64,000 bases of DNA from an uncultured Thermodesulfobacteriota bacterium (lineage in GTDB: Bacteria > Desulfobacterota > GWC2-55-46 > JADFVP01): NCBI GenBank assembly GCA_964407495.1, contig CAYOVP010000001.1, positions 11,829-75,828 on the forward strand, given 5' to 3'. The first letter of the stretch is position 1. Each line of letters opens with the position of its first letter. A program made the position numbers and the translations under genes. Shown here piece by piece: positions 50,384-59,353 of the stretch. The notes beneath the pieces are model-generated. The model was not told the origin of the DNA, did not search any database, and was given only the letters and a program-made list of their open reading frames with translations.

Positions 50384-50930
50384 ATTCTCTCTGTATATAG
50401 AAGAGATGGCCTTTTGTCAAGAATTATGAGGCAAGAAAGGCCACCTGGTGTCTCGGTCTTGCGACGTTGCGGTCTGAATGATCTCTCCGCCCGGCCTTCT
50501 CATGGCTCATGGCAGTATTATTCATGTGGAAGAAGAAGTACGAGTTGAGATTTATTAATATCTGGTGTATAATGACGAAGTTTGGAGAGATGAAGACAAT
50601 CGGCAAACCATTGGCAAGGGCACAGGGGCATCTGGGGGGAGGTGGGGTTTGTATCGCCTCACTCTGCATCCAAGGCCTGGTAGGTACTGTCAGTGGATCT
50701 GGGAAAACGGCGTATGGGGGGCAGGGTGAGAGGGGTATATGAAAGAGACCGGTCTTCATGGCACGGAAGGGCAGGAAAGGGTACATGCCCGTAGATGTAG
50801 GGCCCTGGCAGAGGGGCATCTCTTGACGAGTTTTGTAGCGAAGGTGCAACCTATTCAGATGTCATGATTTTTCATGCAGAAGAGGGTAGATCAGAAGAGG
50901 GTAGATTAACAAATCTTAATACTAAAATCC

Positions 50931-50959
50931 TTGACATTCTACAGAGCGTAGAATATAAT
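50931..50959 (+). promoter_or_regulatory. Consensus sigma70 promoter (TTGACA-17-TATAAT) with a palindromic operator ATTCTAC-N5-GTAGAAT filling the spacer; transcript predicted to be leaderless
   Basis: -35 TTGACA 50931-36, -10 TATAAT 50954-59, dyad 50936-50954. The ATG of the downstream repressor gene is at 50967 (~7 nt after the -10) with no SD. Confidence 0.7.
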
Positions 50960-50966
50960 TTTTATT

Positions 50967-51371
50967 ATGACTGGTAATACACAAAAAGGCATGCTCGGAA
51001 GCCTTGAGCAGGAAATCATGGACACCTTCTGGGACCTCGGTGGCATGAGCGGCAAGGCCGTCCACGAGCATATAAACAGATCGCGCCCCACGGCCCTTAC
51101 AACAGTACTAACTGTAATGGAGAGGCTCAGGAAAAAGGGCCTCCTGAAGAAAGAAAAGAGGGGCGGCGTCTTTATCTTCGAGGCCACCCTCACAAGAGAG
51201 GAGTTTGCCCGCAGGGTCTCTGCCAGGATCTTCAAGGATATCTTCGATCTCTCCACGGGTTCGGCGGCGGCGTCTTTTGTGGACACCCTGGCCGAGGTAG
51301 ACCCAGAAGAACTGAAAAGGCTCGATGAGTTGATTCAGAAGAAAAAAAAGGAACTGGAGAAAAAGTCCTGA
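50967..51371 (+). CDS. BlaI/MecI/CopY-family (penicillinase repressor family) transcriptional repressor; cysteine-free
   Basis: Winged-helix N-domain pattern LGSLEQEIMDTFWDLGGMSGKAVHEHI...PTALTTVLTVMERLRKKGLLKKEKRGGVFIFEA typical of BlaI/CopY. No C-terminal CxC metal motif, no adjacent BlaR1/M56 gene. Confidence 0.75.
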   Translation: MTGNTQKGMLGSLEQEIMDTFWDLGGMSGKAVHEHINRSRPTALTTVLTVMERLRKKGLLKKEKRGGVFIFEATLTREEFARRVSARIFKDIFDLSTGSAAASFVDTLAEVDPEELKRLDELIQKKKKELEKKS

Positions 51372-51646
51372 ACAAGCCCTGTATCCCGGGGCTGTGAGGC
51401 AGGGCGCAGGTGCAGGCGCACTCTGAGTTGTGGGCGATTTTTCGTGAGGGGGGAGGATAGGGACAGAGACCTGCCACTTGGCCCTGGCAAAGGATTGTTC
51501 TAAAGGATCTACAGGGTTGTCTTGGTATCATAGGCGGTCCCTCTTCCGGGGTAGAGGGCAGGGGCCAGGAGTTTTATAGAGTTATGGCCGTTCCAGGCCT
51601 GTGGTATGGTTGCAAATGGTCTGGAGACGGCGATGGCTTTTTTTTA

Positions 51647-51679
51647 CCCATCTTTTCTACTATTGGTAGAAAAGATGGG
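51647..51679 (+). promoter_or_regulatory. Perfect 14-bp-arm inverted repeat CCCATCTTTTCTAC-tattg-GTAGAAAAGATGGG upstream of cusC; the core TTCTAC-N5-GTAGAA is identical to the operator at 50936-50954
   Basis: Read directly; lies 22-54 nt upstream of the cusC ATG (51701) and downstream of a T8 tract. Confidence 0.65.
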
Positions 51680-51700
51680 CTGAGTAAAGAGGGGGCATTC

Positions 51701-53149
51701 ATGTTGAGCCTTGAGAAAAAAAGGATCGGTTGGGCCGTGGCCCCTGCTCCAAGGAGAGGGGGGCTCAGGGTTGGGACCATCTTTTCCGCGCTAATGCTCC
51801 TGGTCTTCCTGGTGCCCTTGGAGGCATCTGGCGCAGGCACTGCGATGGAGACTCCTTCTCGTGCCATGGTCACTTCACAACGCGAAGGGCTGGAGGTAGA
51901 CCGGGCCCCAAGGTCCGAGCCAGAGGACCCTCAGGCGCCCGAGAAGAAGGCAGGGCCGGCCAGGCGCAGTCTTGCCTATTTTATCGGCCTTGCAAGGGAG
52001 CGAAACCCCAGGCTCAGGGCCGCCTTTCGTCGCTGGAAGATGAGCGAGGAGAGGCCGGCCCAGGCAAGGGCCCTTGAGAACCCGGTTCTCAGGTACACCG
52101 AGCCCGCGCGCGAGATAGAGACACGCCTTGGCCCCGTGGACCGCGCCTTCTCGCTGAGCCAGAAACTGCCCTTTCCGGGCAAACTCGGCCTCAAGGGGGA
52201 CATAGCGTCCAAAGAAGCCGAAATAGCGCGCCTTGAGTATGAAAAACTCCTCCGTGACCTTACCGCAGAGGTCAAGAAGACCTACTATGAACTCTACTTC
52301 GTGGACAAGGCCATTGAACTTCAGAAAGAGAACGAGGCCGTTCTCGAGTACTTCGCTGAGATAAGCAGGCGCAACTATGGTCTCGATGTCTCGGAACTCG
52401 ACGAACTCGTCCGGGCCCAGAAGTCCTCGGCAGGCGCCACCTTCGCCCTGCTCAAGGCCAGGGACATGCGAAAGACCGTTACGGCGCGGCTCAATACCCT
52501 CCTTGACAGGCCGCCGGATACAGAAGTGGGCCCAATAGAAGAGCCAGACTTTCTGGACGTGGACCTCACGGTAGAAAAGATGTTTGACCTTGCAAGAAAG
52601 TACAACGAGAACATAAGGCTCGCTGGCCTTGGAGTGGAAAAGAGCGAACTGGAGAGGAAACTCGCGCGCTTCAGTTACCTTCCGGACTTCAGCGTTGGGG
52701 TGAATTACTCACAGATAGGCCAGCCTCCTTCCATGACGAGGAACGCAGGCGACGACGCCCTGTCTTTTACCCTCGGAGTGAGCATACCTATCTGGTTCAG
52801 AAAGAACAGGGCCTCTCTCGATGAGAAGAAGGAAGGGGCCCTTGCCTCGCGGTTCGAGAAGAGGGCCGAACTCCAGGAGATAAGCGGGCTTGTGAAAGAG
52901 GTTTACTACAACATGAGTACATCGAGAAGGATAGCCCTTCTTTACAAGAAACGCTTCATACCAGAGGCCAAGGACTCCATGGATTTTGCAGAGGCGAGGT
53001 ACAAGACAGGCAAGGAGTCGCTGGGAAGGCTCCTCGAGACCCAGTCCATGTGGATAGACTTCAGGCTCATCTATTACCGGTCATTTGCGGACTACCTGAA
53101 GGATATAGCCGAGCTCGAGAGGCTTACGGCCACGGAATTCACAAAGTGA
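51701..53149 (+). CDS. cusC: Outer-membrane efflux protein, TolC/CusC/CzcC family
   Basis: Signal sequence, two tandem OEP repeats with coiled-coil character. First gene of a three-gene RND efflux set. ATG 51701 after an AAAGAGGGGG SD (ORF track starts at 51584). Confidence 0.85.
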   Translation: MLSLEKKRIGWAVAPAPRRGGLRVGTIFSALMLLVFLVPLEASGAGTAMETPSRAMVTSQREGLEVDRAPRSEPEDPQAPEKKAGPARRSLAYFIGLARERNPRLRAAFRRWKMSEERPAQARALENPVLRYTEPAREIETRLGPVDRAFSLSQKLPFPGKLGLKGDIASKEAEIARLEYEKLLRDLTAEVKKTYYELYFVDKAIELQKENEAVLEYFAEISRRNYGLDVSELDELVRAQKSSAGATFALLKARDMRKTVTARLNTLLDRPPDTEVGPIEEPDFLDVDLTVEKMFDLARKYNENIRLAGLGVEKSELERKLARFSYLPDFSVGVNYSQIGQPPSMTRNAGDDALSFTLGVSIPIWFRKNRASLDEKKEGALASRFEKRAELQEISGLVKEVYYNMSTSRRIALLYKKRFIPEAKDSMDFAEARYKTGKESLGRLLETQSMWIDFRLIYYRSFADYLKDIAELERLTATEFTK

Positions 53150-53162
53150 GAGGTCTACATAA

Positions 53163-54554
53163 ATGAAAAAAGTCTTCTTGATATTACTGCTCCTCCTTCT
53201 GGGGGGCATAATGGGGGCAGGGGGGCTGTACATGACCTCCCGACACGGCAGGGAAGCGTCCGCACCGGCAGAGGGGGGGGCAGGGAAGAAGGGCAGGAAG
53301 ATACTGTACTACAAGGCCCCCATGGACCCGTCCTATATCTCCGAAAAGCCGGGGAAGTCGCCCATGGGCATGGACCTCATACCAGTATACGAGGGTGAGG
53401 AAGATACCATGGAGCCGGGTACGGTTAAAATAGACCCCGTGACCATACAGAACATGGGTGTGCGCACGGCCAAGGTGCGCCGCATGAGGTTAGAGAAGAC
53501 CATAAGGACCGTTGGCCGTATCACCTATGACGAGAAGAAGGTCTATCACATACACACCAAGATAGACGGCTGGGTGGAGAAACTCTATTTCGACTTTACG
53601 GGTCAGAAGGTGAATAGAGGTGATACGCTCCTCGAGTTCTACAGCCCCAAACTCATATCCGCCGAGGAAGAACTCCTCCTTGCCAGGAAGATGGCCGCGA
53701 GGATGAAAGAGGTGCGCAGGACCTCCCTCGTTGACCTCAGCAGGCGGAGGCTCGAACTCTGGGATGTGCCCGAGGACCAGATAAGGGAGATAGAGGAGAC
53801 TGGCAAGGCAAAGCGTACACTCCGTATCCTCTCGCCTGTAACAGGAATCATTGTGGATAAGCCCGTGGTCGAGGGCATGTACGTCCAGCCTGGAAGAAAC
53901 CTCTTCACCATAGCGGATATCTCCACGGTCTGGGCCTATGCCGATATCTACGAGTACGAACTCCCCTGGGTGAGGCTCGGCCAGGGCGTGGATATGACCC
54001 TTGCGTCCTACCCTGGGAAGGTCTTTCACGGCCATGTCTCGTTCATATACCCCTTTGTGGAGCCAAAGACAAGGACCATACGCGTCAGGGTGGAGTTCGA
54101 TAACCCGGATTTCAGACTCAAGCCCGATATGTACGCTGATATGACACTGAGGGCGGTAGTAAGCCGAAGGGCCGTGGCAGTACCCAAGGAGGCGGTCCTC
54201 CTCTCGGGTAAGCGGAGCGTCGTCATACTCTCGCGCGGCAACGGAAAGTTCAGACCCCAGGACGTGGTCCTCGGCGCAGAGACCGACGATTACTATGAGG
54301 TGCGCTCTGGCCTCAAACCCGGCGACACGGTGGTGACATCTGCGCAGTTCCTCATAGACTCGGAGAGTAGCCTCAAGGAGGCGGTCTCCAAGATGCTCGA
54401 GGCAAAGAAGATGAAGGGCTCGAAGAAGAAGGGCGGGGCCATGAAGGGTATGAAGATGCCCGGCATGAAGAAAGATATGCCCATGAAGGGCATGAAGATG
54501 GAAGGTATGAAGAAAGATATGCCCATGAAGATGCCCATGAAGGGTATGAAGTAG
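53163..54554 (+). CDS. cusB: RND efflux membrane-fusion protein (CusB/CzcB family) with Met-rich C-terminal repeat tail
   Basis: N-terminal TM, CusB-like N-terminal metal-site region (..KAPMDPSYISEKPGKSPMGMDL..), beta-barrel/lipoyl/alpha-hairpin MFP pattern. C-terminus GAMKGMKMPGMKKDMPMKGMKMEGMKKDMPMKMPMKGMK. Confidence 0.88.
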   Translation: MKKVFLILLLLLLGGIMGAGGLYMTSRHGREASAPAEGGAGKKGRKILYYKAPMDPSYISEKPGKSPMGMDLIPVYEGEEDTMEPGTVKIDPVTIQNMGVRTAKVRRMRLEKTIRTVGRITYDEKKVYHIHTKIDGWVEKLYFDFTGQKVNRGDTLLEFYSPKLISAEEELLLARKMAARMKEVRRTSLVDLSRRRLELWDVPEDQIREIEETGKAKRTLRILSPVTGIIVDKPVVEGMYVQPGRNLFTIADISTVWAYADIYEYELPWVRLGQGVDMTLASYPGKVFHGHVSFIYPFVEPKTRTIRVRVEFDNPDFRLKPDMYADMTLRAVVSRRAVAVPKEAVLLSGKRSVVILSRGNGKFRPQDVVLGAETDDYYEVRSGLKPGDTVVTSAQFLIDSESSLKEAVSKMLEAKKMKGSKKKGGAMKGMKMPGMKKDMPMKGMKMEGMKKDMPMKMPMKGMK

Positions 54555-54555
54555 C

Positions 54556-54672
54556 CCAGGCCGCGAAAAGCGCGGCCTGGAACTGGTTTTCTTTGCCCCG
54601 CTTTCTTTTTTCCAAAAGAAAGCGGGAAATAAAAGTTCTTTTCTTCAACTTTCTTTTTGAAAAAGAAAGTTG
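54556..54672. repeat. Structured cusB-cusA intergenic spacer: terminator-like hairpin, then palindromic element copy B (near-identical to 10985-11028), then a third 13-bp-stem hairpin
   Basis: 54556-54580 CCAGGCCGCG-aaaag-CGCGGCCTGG. 54581-54626 ACTGGTTTTCTTTGCCCCGCTTTCTTTTTTCCAAAAGAAAGCGGG. 54646-54672 CAACTTTCTTTTT-g-AAAAAGAAAGTTG. Confidence 0.7.
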
Positions 54673-54756
54673 CAAAGAAAACAATGCCAGCGGCCCAAGG
54701 GCCGGGGGGGCTATGGCACACTTACGAGGTATCAGGCCCTCGCAGGGAAGGTATAG

Positions 54757-57700
54757 ATGCTCAAGAAGATAATAGAATTCTCCGTAAACAACAGGTTTCT
54801 CGTAATTCTGGGAACCCTCTTCATCATAGCCTTTGGTGCCTACACCATGGGCCGTACGCCCCTCGATGCCATTCCAGATCTATCGGACGTGCAGGTCATC
54901 ATCTACACGCCCTATGAGGGACAGGCCCCGCAGGTGGTGGAAGAGCAGGTCACCTATCCCCTTACGACGGCCATGTTGTCTGTGCCCCATGCAAAGGTCG
55001 TTCGCGGGTACTCCTTCTTCGGCTTCTCCTTCGTATACGTTATCTTCGAGGACGGAACCGACATGTACTGGGCCAGGAGCAGGGTCCTTGAGTATCTCAA
55101 CTTCGTGGCGGGCCGTCTCCCAAAGGGCGTGAACCCCTCCCTCGGCCCAGACGCCACTGGAGTGGGCTGGGTCTTCGAGTATGCCCTCGTGGACAGAACG
55201 GGAAAGCACGACCTTGCAGAACTGAGGAGCCTCCAGGACTGGTACATGAGGTATGAACTCCAGACAGTGCCAGGGGTATCCGAGGTGGCGAGCATCGGAG
55301 GGTATGTAAAGCAGTATCAGGTGGAGGTAGACCCCAACAAACTCGCGGCCTTCGATATCCCCCTTGCCAAGGTGAAGCACGCCATCAAGAGGAGCAACAA
55401 CGATGTGGGCGGCAAACTCCTCGAGATGAGCGAGCGGGAGTTCATGGTGAGGGGCCTGGGTTATATAAAATCTGCCGAGGACATAAGGAACATAGCCATA
55501 GGTGTTGACAAGAACGGAACCCCCATAACCGTGCGTGACGTTGCCACCGTACACCTTGGGCCCGAACTCCGCCGCGGGGCCGCGGACCTCGACGGAGAGG
55601 GCGAGGTGGCCGGAGGCGTGGTCATAATGCGCTACGGCGGCAATGCCCTCGATGTCATCAAGAATGTCAAGAAGAAGATAGAGACGCTGAAGAAGGGCCT
55701 GCCCGGGGGCGTGGAGATAGTCCCTGTCTATGACCGCTCCGGCCTCATAGAGCGGGCCATAGAGACGCTTCGCGGCAAACTCGTGGAAGAGAGCATAGTC
55801 GTGGCTGTCATCTGCGTCCTCTTTCTCCTCCATGTGAGGAGCGCCCTTGTGGCCATCTTCACGTTGCCAGTTGGCATACTCATGGCCTTCATAATCATGT
55901 ACTACCAAGGCATCAACGCGAATATCATGAGCCTTGGCGGTATCGCCATCGCCATAGGCGCCATGATAGACGGCGCCATAGTCATGATAGAGAACGCCCA
56001 TAAGCATATAGAGGAAGCGCCACAAGGAAAGGACCACTGGCAGATAATCATGGACTCGGCAAAGGAGGTTGGGCCGGCCCTATTCTTCTCGCTTCTCATC
56101 ATCACCTTCTCCTTTGTGCCAGTCTTCACCCTCGAGGCACAGGAGGGCCGTCTCTTCAGCCCCCTTGCCTTTACAAAGACATACTCCATGGCCGCCTCGG
56201 CCATCCTTGCCGTAACCATTGTTCCCATACTCATGGGCTACTTTATCCGCGGCAAGATTCTGCCCGAGAAGAAGAACCCCATAAACAGGCTTCTTCTCTT
56301 CGTATACAGGCCTGTGGTGGGCTTTGTCCTGCGCTACAAGAAGACCTTCATACTCATCTCTCTTCTGGCCCTGGTCGCGACCTTGGTTCCGCTCAAGAAA
56401 CTCGGCGGGGAGTTCATGCCGCCACTCAACGAAGGCGATATCCTCTATATGCCTACAACTCTTCCGGGGATCTCCATCACCAAGGCAAAGGAACTCCTGC
56501 AGCAGACGGACAGGATACTGAAGACCTTTCCAGAGGTGAAGAGGGTATTTGGCAAGGTGGGACGAGCCGAGACAGCAACGGACCCTGCGCCCCTCTCCAT
56601 GATGGAGACGACCATAATGCTAAGGCCCCAGGAGGAGTGGCGACCTGGAATGACCATCTATAAACTCATGGACGAGATGAACAGGGCCATAAAGTTCCCT
56701 GGCGTGACCAACGCCTGGACCATGCCCATAAAGACGCGTGTCGACATGCTCAGCACGGGTATCAAGACACCAGTGGGCCTCAAGGTGGCGGGCGATGACC
56801 TCAAGACCCTCGAAGGCCTCGGCAAGGAGATAGAGGCCGTTCTGAGGGACGTGCCCGGCACCCTCTCCGTGTACTCGGAGCGCGTCGTGGGGGGCAACTA
56901 TCTGGACTTCGAGATCGACAGGAAGAAGGCCGCGCGATATGGTCTTACGGTGGGCGACGTGCAGGACGTGATACAGTCGGCCATAGGCGGAATGAACATT
57001 ACCACCACTGTGGAGGGCCTCGAACGTTACCCCGTGAATCTTCGCTATGGCCGGGAACTGAGGAGCGATATCCCGTCGCTGAGGCGTGTCCTAATCGCCA
57101 CACCCACTGGTGCCCATATACCCATAGCCCAGGTGGCCGAGATCCGCATAAGGAAAGGCCCGCCTGCAATAAAGAGCGAGAACGCGAGGCTCAATGCATG
57201 GATCTACGTGGACCTAAGGGGTGTGGACGTGGGTACATATGTGGCGAGGGCGCAGAAGATAGTCAACGATGCCGTGAAACTCCCGCCAGGCTATACCCTT
57301 ACCTGGAGCGGACAGTTCGAGTACATGCAGAGGGCCAAGGCACGGCTAAAGGTCGTGGTGCCTCTTACGCTTCTTATCATCTTCCTCCTCCTGTACCTCA
57401 ACTTCAAGAAGGTGGGCGAGAGCGTAATCGTCATGCTCTCGCTGCCCTTTGCCCTCGTGGGCGGCGTCTGGACTCTCTATATGCTCTCCTATAACATGAG
57501 CGTTGCCGTGGGCGTTGGGTTCATCGCCCTTGCCGGGGTCTCGGCGGAGATTGGTGTCATAATGATAATATACCTTAACATGGCCTGCAGGGAGAGGTTC
57601 CTGAAGGGAACTCTCAAGACGAGGGCAGACCTGGAGGAGGCCGTAAAGGAAGGGGCCTCGCGCCGTATCCGCCCGATCATGATGACAGTATTCGCCATTA

Positions 57701-57879
57701 TCGGCGGGCTACTTCCCATAATGTGGGGCTCTGGCACTGGCTCGGCAGTGATGAAGAGGATAGCGGCGCCCATGGTGGGCGGCATGATCTCGGCAACAAT
57801 CCTCACGCTTCTCGTCATACCTGCCATCTATACCCTCTGGAGAGAGAGGGAGTTCAGGAGAGAGGGAGGAGGGAAATGA
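54757..57879 (+). CDS. cusA: Heavy-metal-efflux RND transporter (CusA/CzcA family)
   Basis: 1040 aa, 12 TM with two large periplasmic loops, HME-RND signature region ..AIGAMIDGAIVMIENA.., conserved proton-relay TM4 region. Confidence 0.93.
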   Translation: MLKKIIEFSVNNRFLVILGTLFIIAFGAYTMGRTPLDAIPDLSDVQVIIYTPYEGQAPQVVEEQVTYPLTTAMLSVPHAKVVRGYSFFGFSFVYVIFEDGTDMYWARSRVLEYLNFVAGRLPKGVNPSLGPDATGVGWVFEYALVDRTGKHDLAELRSLQDWYMRYELQTVPGVSEVASIGGYVKQYQVEVDPNKLAAFDIPLAKVKHAIKRSNNDVGGKLLEMSEREFMVRGLGYIKSAEDIRNIAIGVDKNGTPITVRDVATVHLGPELRRGAADLDGEGEVAGGVVIMRYGGNALDVIKNVKKKIETLKKGLPGGVEIVPVYDRSGLIERAIETLRGKLVEESIVVAVICVLFLLHVRSALVAIFTLPVGILMAFIIMYYQGINANIMSLGGIAIAIGAMIDGAIVMIENAHKHIEEAPQGKDHWQIIMDSAKEVGPALFFSLLIITFSFVPVFTLEAQEGRLFSPLAFTKTYSMAASAILAVTIVPILMGYFIRGKILPEKKNPINRLLLFVYRPVVGFVLRYKKTFILISLLALVATLVPLKKLGGEFMPPLNEGDILYMPTTLPGISITKAKELLQQTDRILKTFPEVKRVFGKVGRAETATDPAPLSMMETTIMLRPQEEWRPGMTIYKLMDEMNRAIKFPGVTNAWTMPIKTRVDMLSTGIKTPVGLKVAGDDLKTLEGLGKEIEAVLRDVPGTLSVYSERVVGGNYLDFEIDRKKAARYGLTVGDVQDVIQSAIGGMNITTTVEGLERYPVNLRYGRELRSDIPSLRRVLIATPTGAHIPIAQVAEIRIRKGPPAIKSENARLNAWIYVDLRGVDVGTYVARAQKIVNDAVKLPPGYTLTWSGQFEYMQRAKARLKVVVPLTLLIIFLLLYLNFKKVGESVIVMLSLPFALVGGVWTLYMLSYNMSVAVGVGFIALAGVSAEIGVIMIIYLNMACRERFLKGTLKTRADLEEAVKEGASRRIRPIMMTVFAIIGGLLPIMWGSGTGSAVMKRIAAPMVGGMISATILTLLVIPAIYTLWREREFRREGGGK

Positions 57880-58238
57880 GAGAGATAAAGGCCTATATGA
57901 GGCGGGATAAGGCAGAGGAAGTGATAGACGCACTCATGGAAGGCGGGGTGGCCGGCTTTACACTCATAGATGTCTGTGGACTCGGTGCCGCCGCATCAGA
58001 GGAGAAGAAGTGGTCCATAGAGTACTGCAAGAAGTACTCCTCAGTAGTCAAAGTGGAGATTGTCTGTCATAATAAAGACGTGGAGCGCATTACAGGTATC
58101 ATAAAGGAGCACGCCTGGACAGGTCACAGTGGTGACGGCATGATCTTTGTCGCTCCCATAATAGAGGCCATAAGGATACGAACGGGCGAGCGAGGGTATG
58201 AGGCCATAGAGCCCTGTGCCAAGAAACCAGCATCCTGA
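57876..58238 (+). CDS. P-II (GlnB)-like family protein encoded within the metal-efflux operon
   Basis: MREIKAYMRRDKAEEVIDALMEGGVAGFTLIDVCG...GDGMIFVAPIIEAIRIRTGERG matches the PII fold signature (GDGKIFV..VIRIRTGE). ATG overlaps the cusA stop (ATGA). Confidence 0.75.
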   Translation: MREIKAYMRRDKAEEVIDALMEGGVAGFTLIDVCGLGAAASEEKKWSIEYCKKYSSVVKVEIVCHNKDVERITGIIKEHAWTGHSGDGMIFVAPIIEAIRIRTGERGYEAIEPCAKKPAS

Positions 58239-58291
58239 TAACTTGGCGTGTCAGGCTCAGCCGGAATTTTCACTCAGATGGAGGTCTCGAG

Positions 58292-58696
58292 ATGTCTACG
58301 ATAGAAGCGCGAAAGAGGGTTATATACAGGGTACTGGTCTTTTTGGCCGTCTTTTCCATGATGATGGGCAGTGGGTGGTTTATGGGCCTCTCCCATGCCC
58401 AGGACACTGTGGAGGGATATAAGGTTGACCATGGCATAGTCTGCATGGTAACTGATAAGGTAATGGGCAGGCCCCAGATACCCGTAGTGGTAGGGGGCAA
58501 GACCTATTATGGTTGTTGCAAGAACTGTGTCGGCAAGTTAAAGGGCAATCCTGCCATACGGTATGCAAAGGACCCGGTCACAGGCGCCCAGGTGGACAAG
58601 GCAAGGGCCTTTATCATGGAAGGACCCAACGGCGATGCCCTGTACTTCGAGTCTGCCCTCACGGCAAGGCGCTTTGTCGAGTCCATGAAGAGGTGA
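58292..58696 (+). CDS. Membrane-anchored/periplasmic YHS(TRASH)-type metal-binding domain protein
   Basis: N-terminal hydrophobic anchor, then ..GIVCMVTDKV......KTYYGCCKNC.. paralleling the YHS motif at the CopA N-terminus (DPVCGMTVD...[10 protein letters not shown]). Confidence 0.65.
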   Translation: MSTIEARKRVIYRVLVFLAVFSMMMGSGWFMGLSHAQDTVEGYKVDHGIVCMVTDKVMGRPQIPVVVGGKTYYGCCKNCVGKLKGNPAIRYAKDPVTGAQVDKARAFIMEGPNGDALYFESALTARRFVESMKR

Positions 58697-58725
58697 CCGG
58701 GACACTCATTTAAGGAGGCGTCCTC

Positions 58726-59313
58726 ATGATCTTGAGCCTGTTTTCATTCCTTCCCGGCATGGCGGCCATGGACAATGTCCATCCACTCTTTGTCCATTAT
58801 CCCATTGCGCTCTTCACGACATTTCTCCTGGCAGAGTTTCTCGGCGTAGTCACGAAGAACGAGAACTTCCGGTGTGCCGCTTCTTTCACCCTCTATCTCG
58901 GCAACATAGCCGCCCTCGTTACCGTTGCCGCAGGGTACTATGCCGCGGCCACGGTGGAACACAGCGAAGAGGTGCATGCCATCATGGAGAACCATGAGCA
59001 CTTCGGAGTAACGGTTCTCATAATAGCCACTATCCTCTCTCTCTGGAGGCTGTACGTGAGGAGACGCTTCTCGCCAAAGGCCCAGTTCCTTCACCTCGCA
59101 CTGGCCTTTATCCTATGCGTCATTATCGCCCTTGGCGCAGATCTGGGGGGGCTCATGGTCTACAAGTACGGCGTTGGCGGCGAGGCCGTGAGGATAGAGA
59201 GGGCCCGTATAAGTAGTGATATGGAGGCCCATGAAGAGGACTCTTCCGCCACTGGATCTGTGGCAGAACATAACGGCCAGCACCATCATCATCACCATCA
59301 CCAGGGTGGATAA
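58726..59313 (+). CDS. Four-TM membrane protein with natural C-terminal poly-His tail (QHHHHHHHQGG)
   Basis: Four hydrophobic helices with conserved His residues (HPLFVHYP, HSEEVHAIMENHEHF). Eight consecutive His codons at 59281-59304. Confidence 0.6.
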   Translation: MILSLFSFLPGMAAMDNVHPLFVHYPIALFTTFLLAEFLGVVTKNENFRCAASFTLYLGNIAALVTVAAGYYAAATVEHSEEVHAIMENHEHFGVTVLIIATILSLWRLYVRRRFSPKAQFLHLALAFILCVIIALGADLGGLMVYKYGVGGEAVRIERARISSDMEAHEEDSSATGSVAEHNGQHHHHHHHQGG

Positions 59314-59353
59314 GCCTGTTGAGTCCTTAATTCAGGCAAGGGGCTGAGGCTCT

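Noticed and set aside
51606-51625. Possible sigma54 promoter (TGGTAT..TGCA) upstream of cusC
   Set aside because: The GG-to-GC spacing is about 9 nt rather than the required 12, so it does not fit the -24/-12 geometry.
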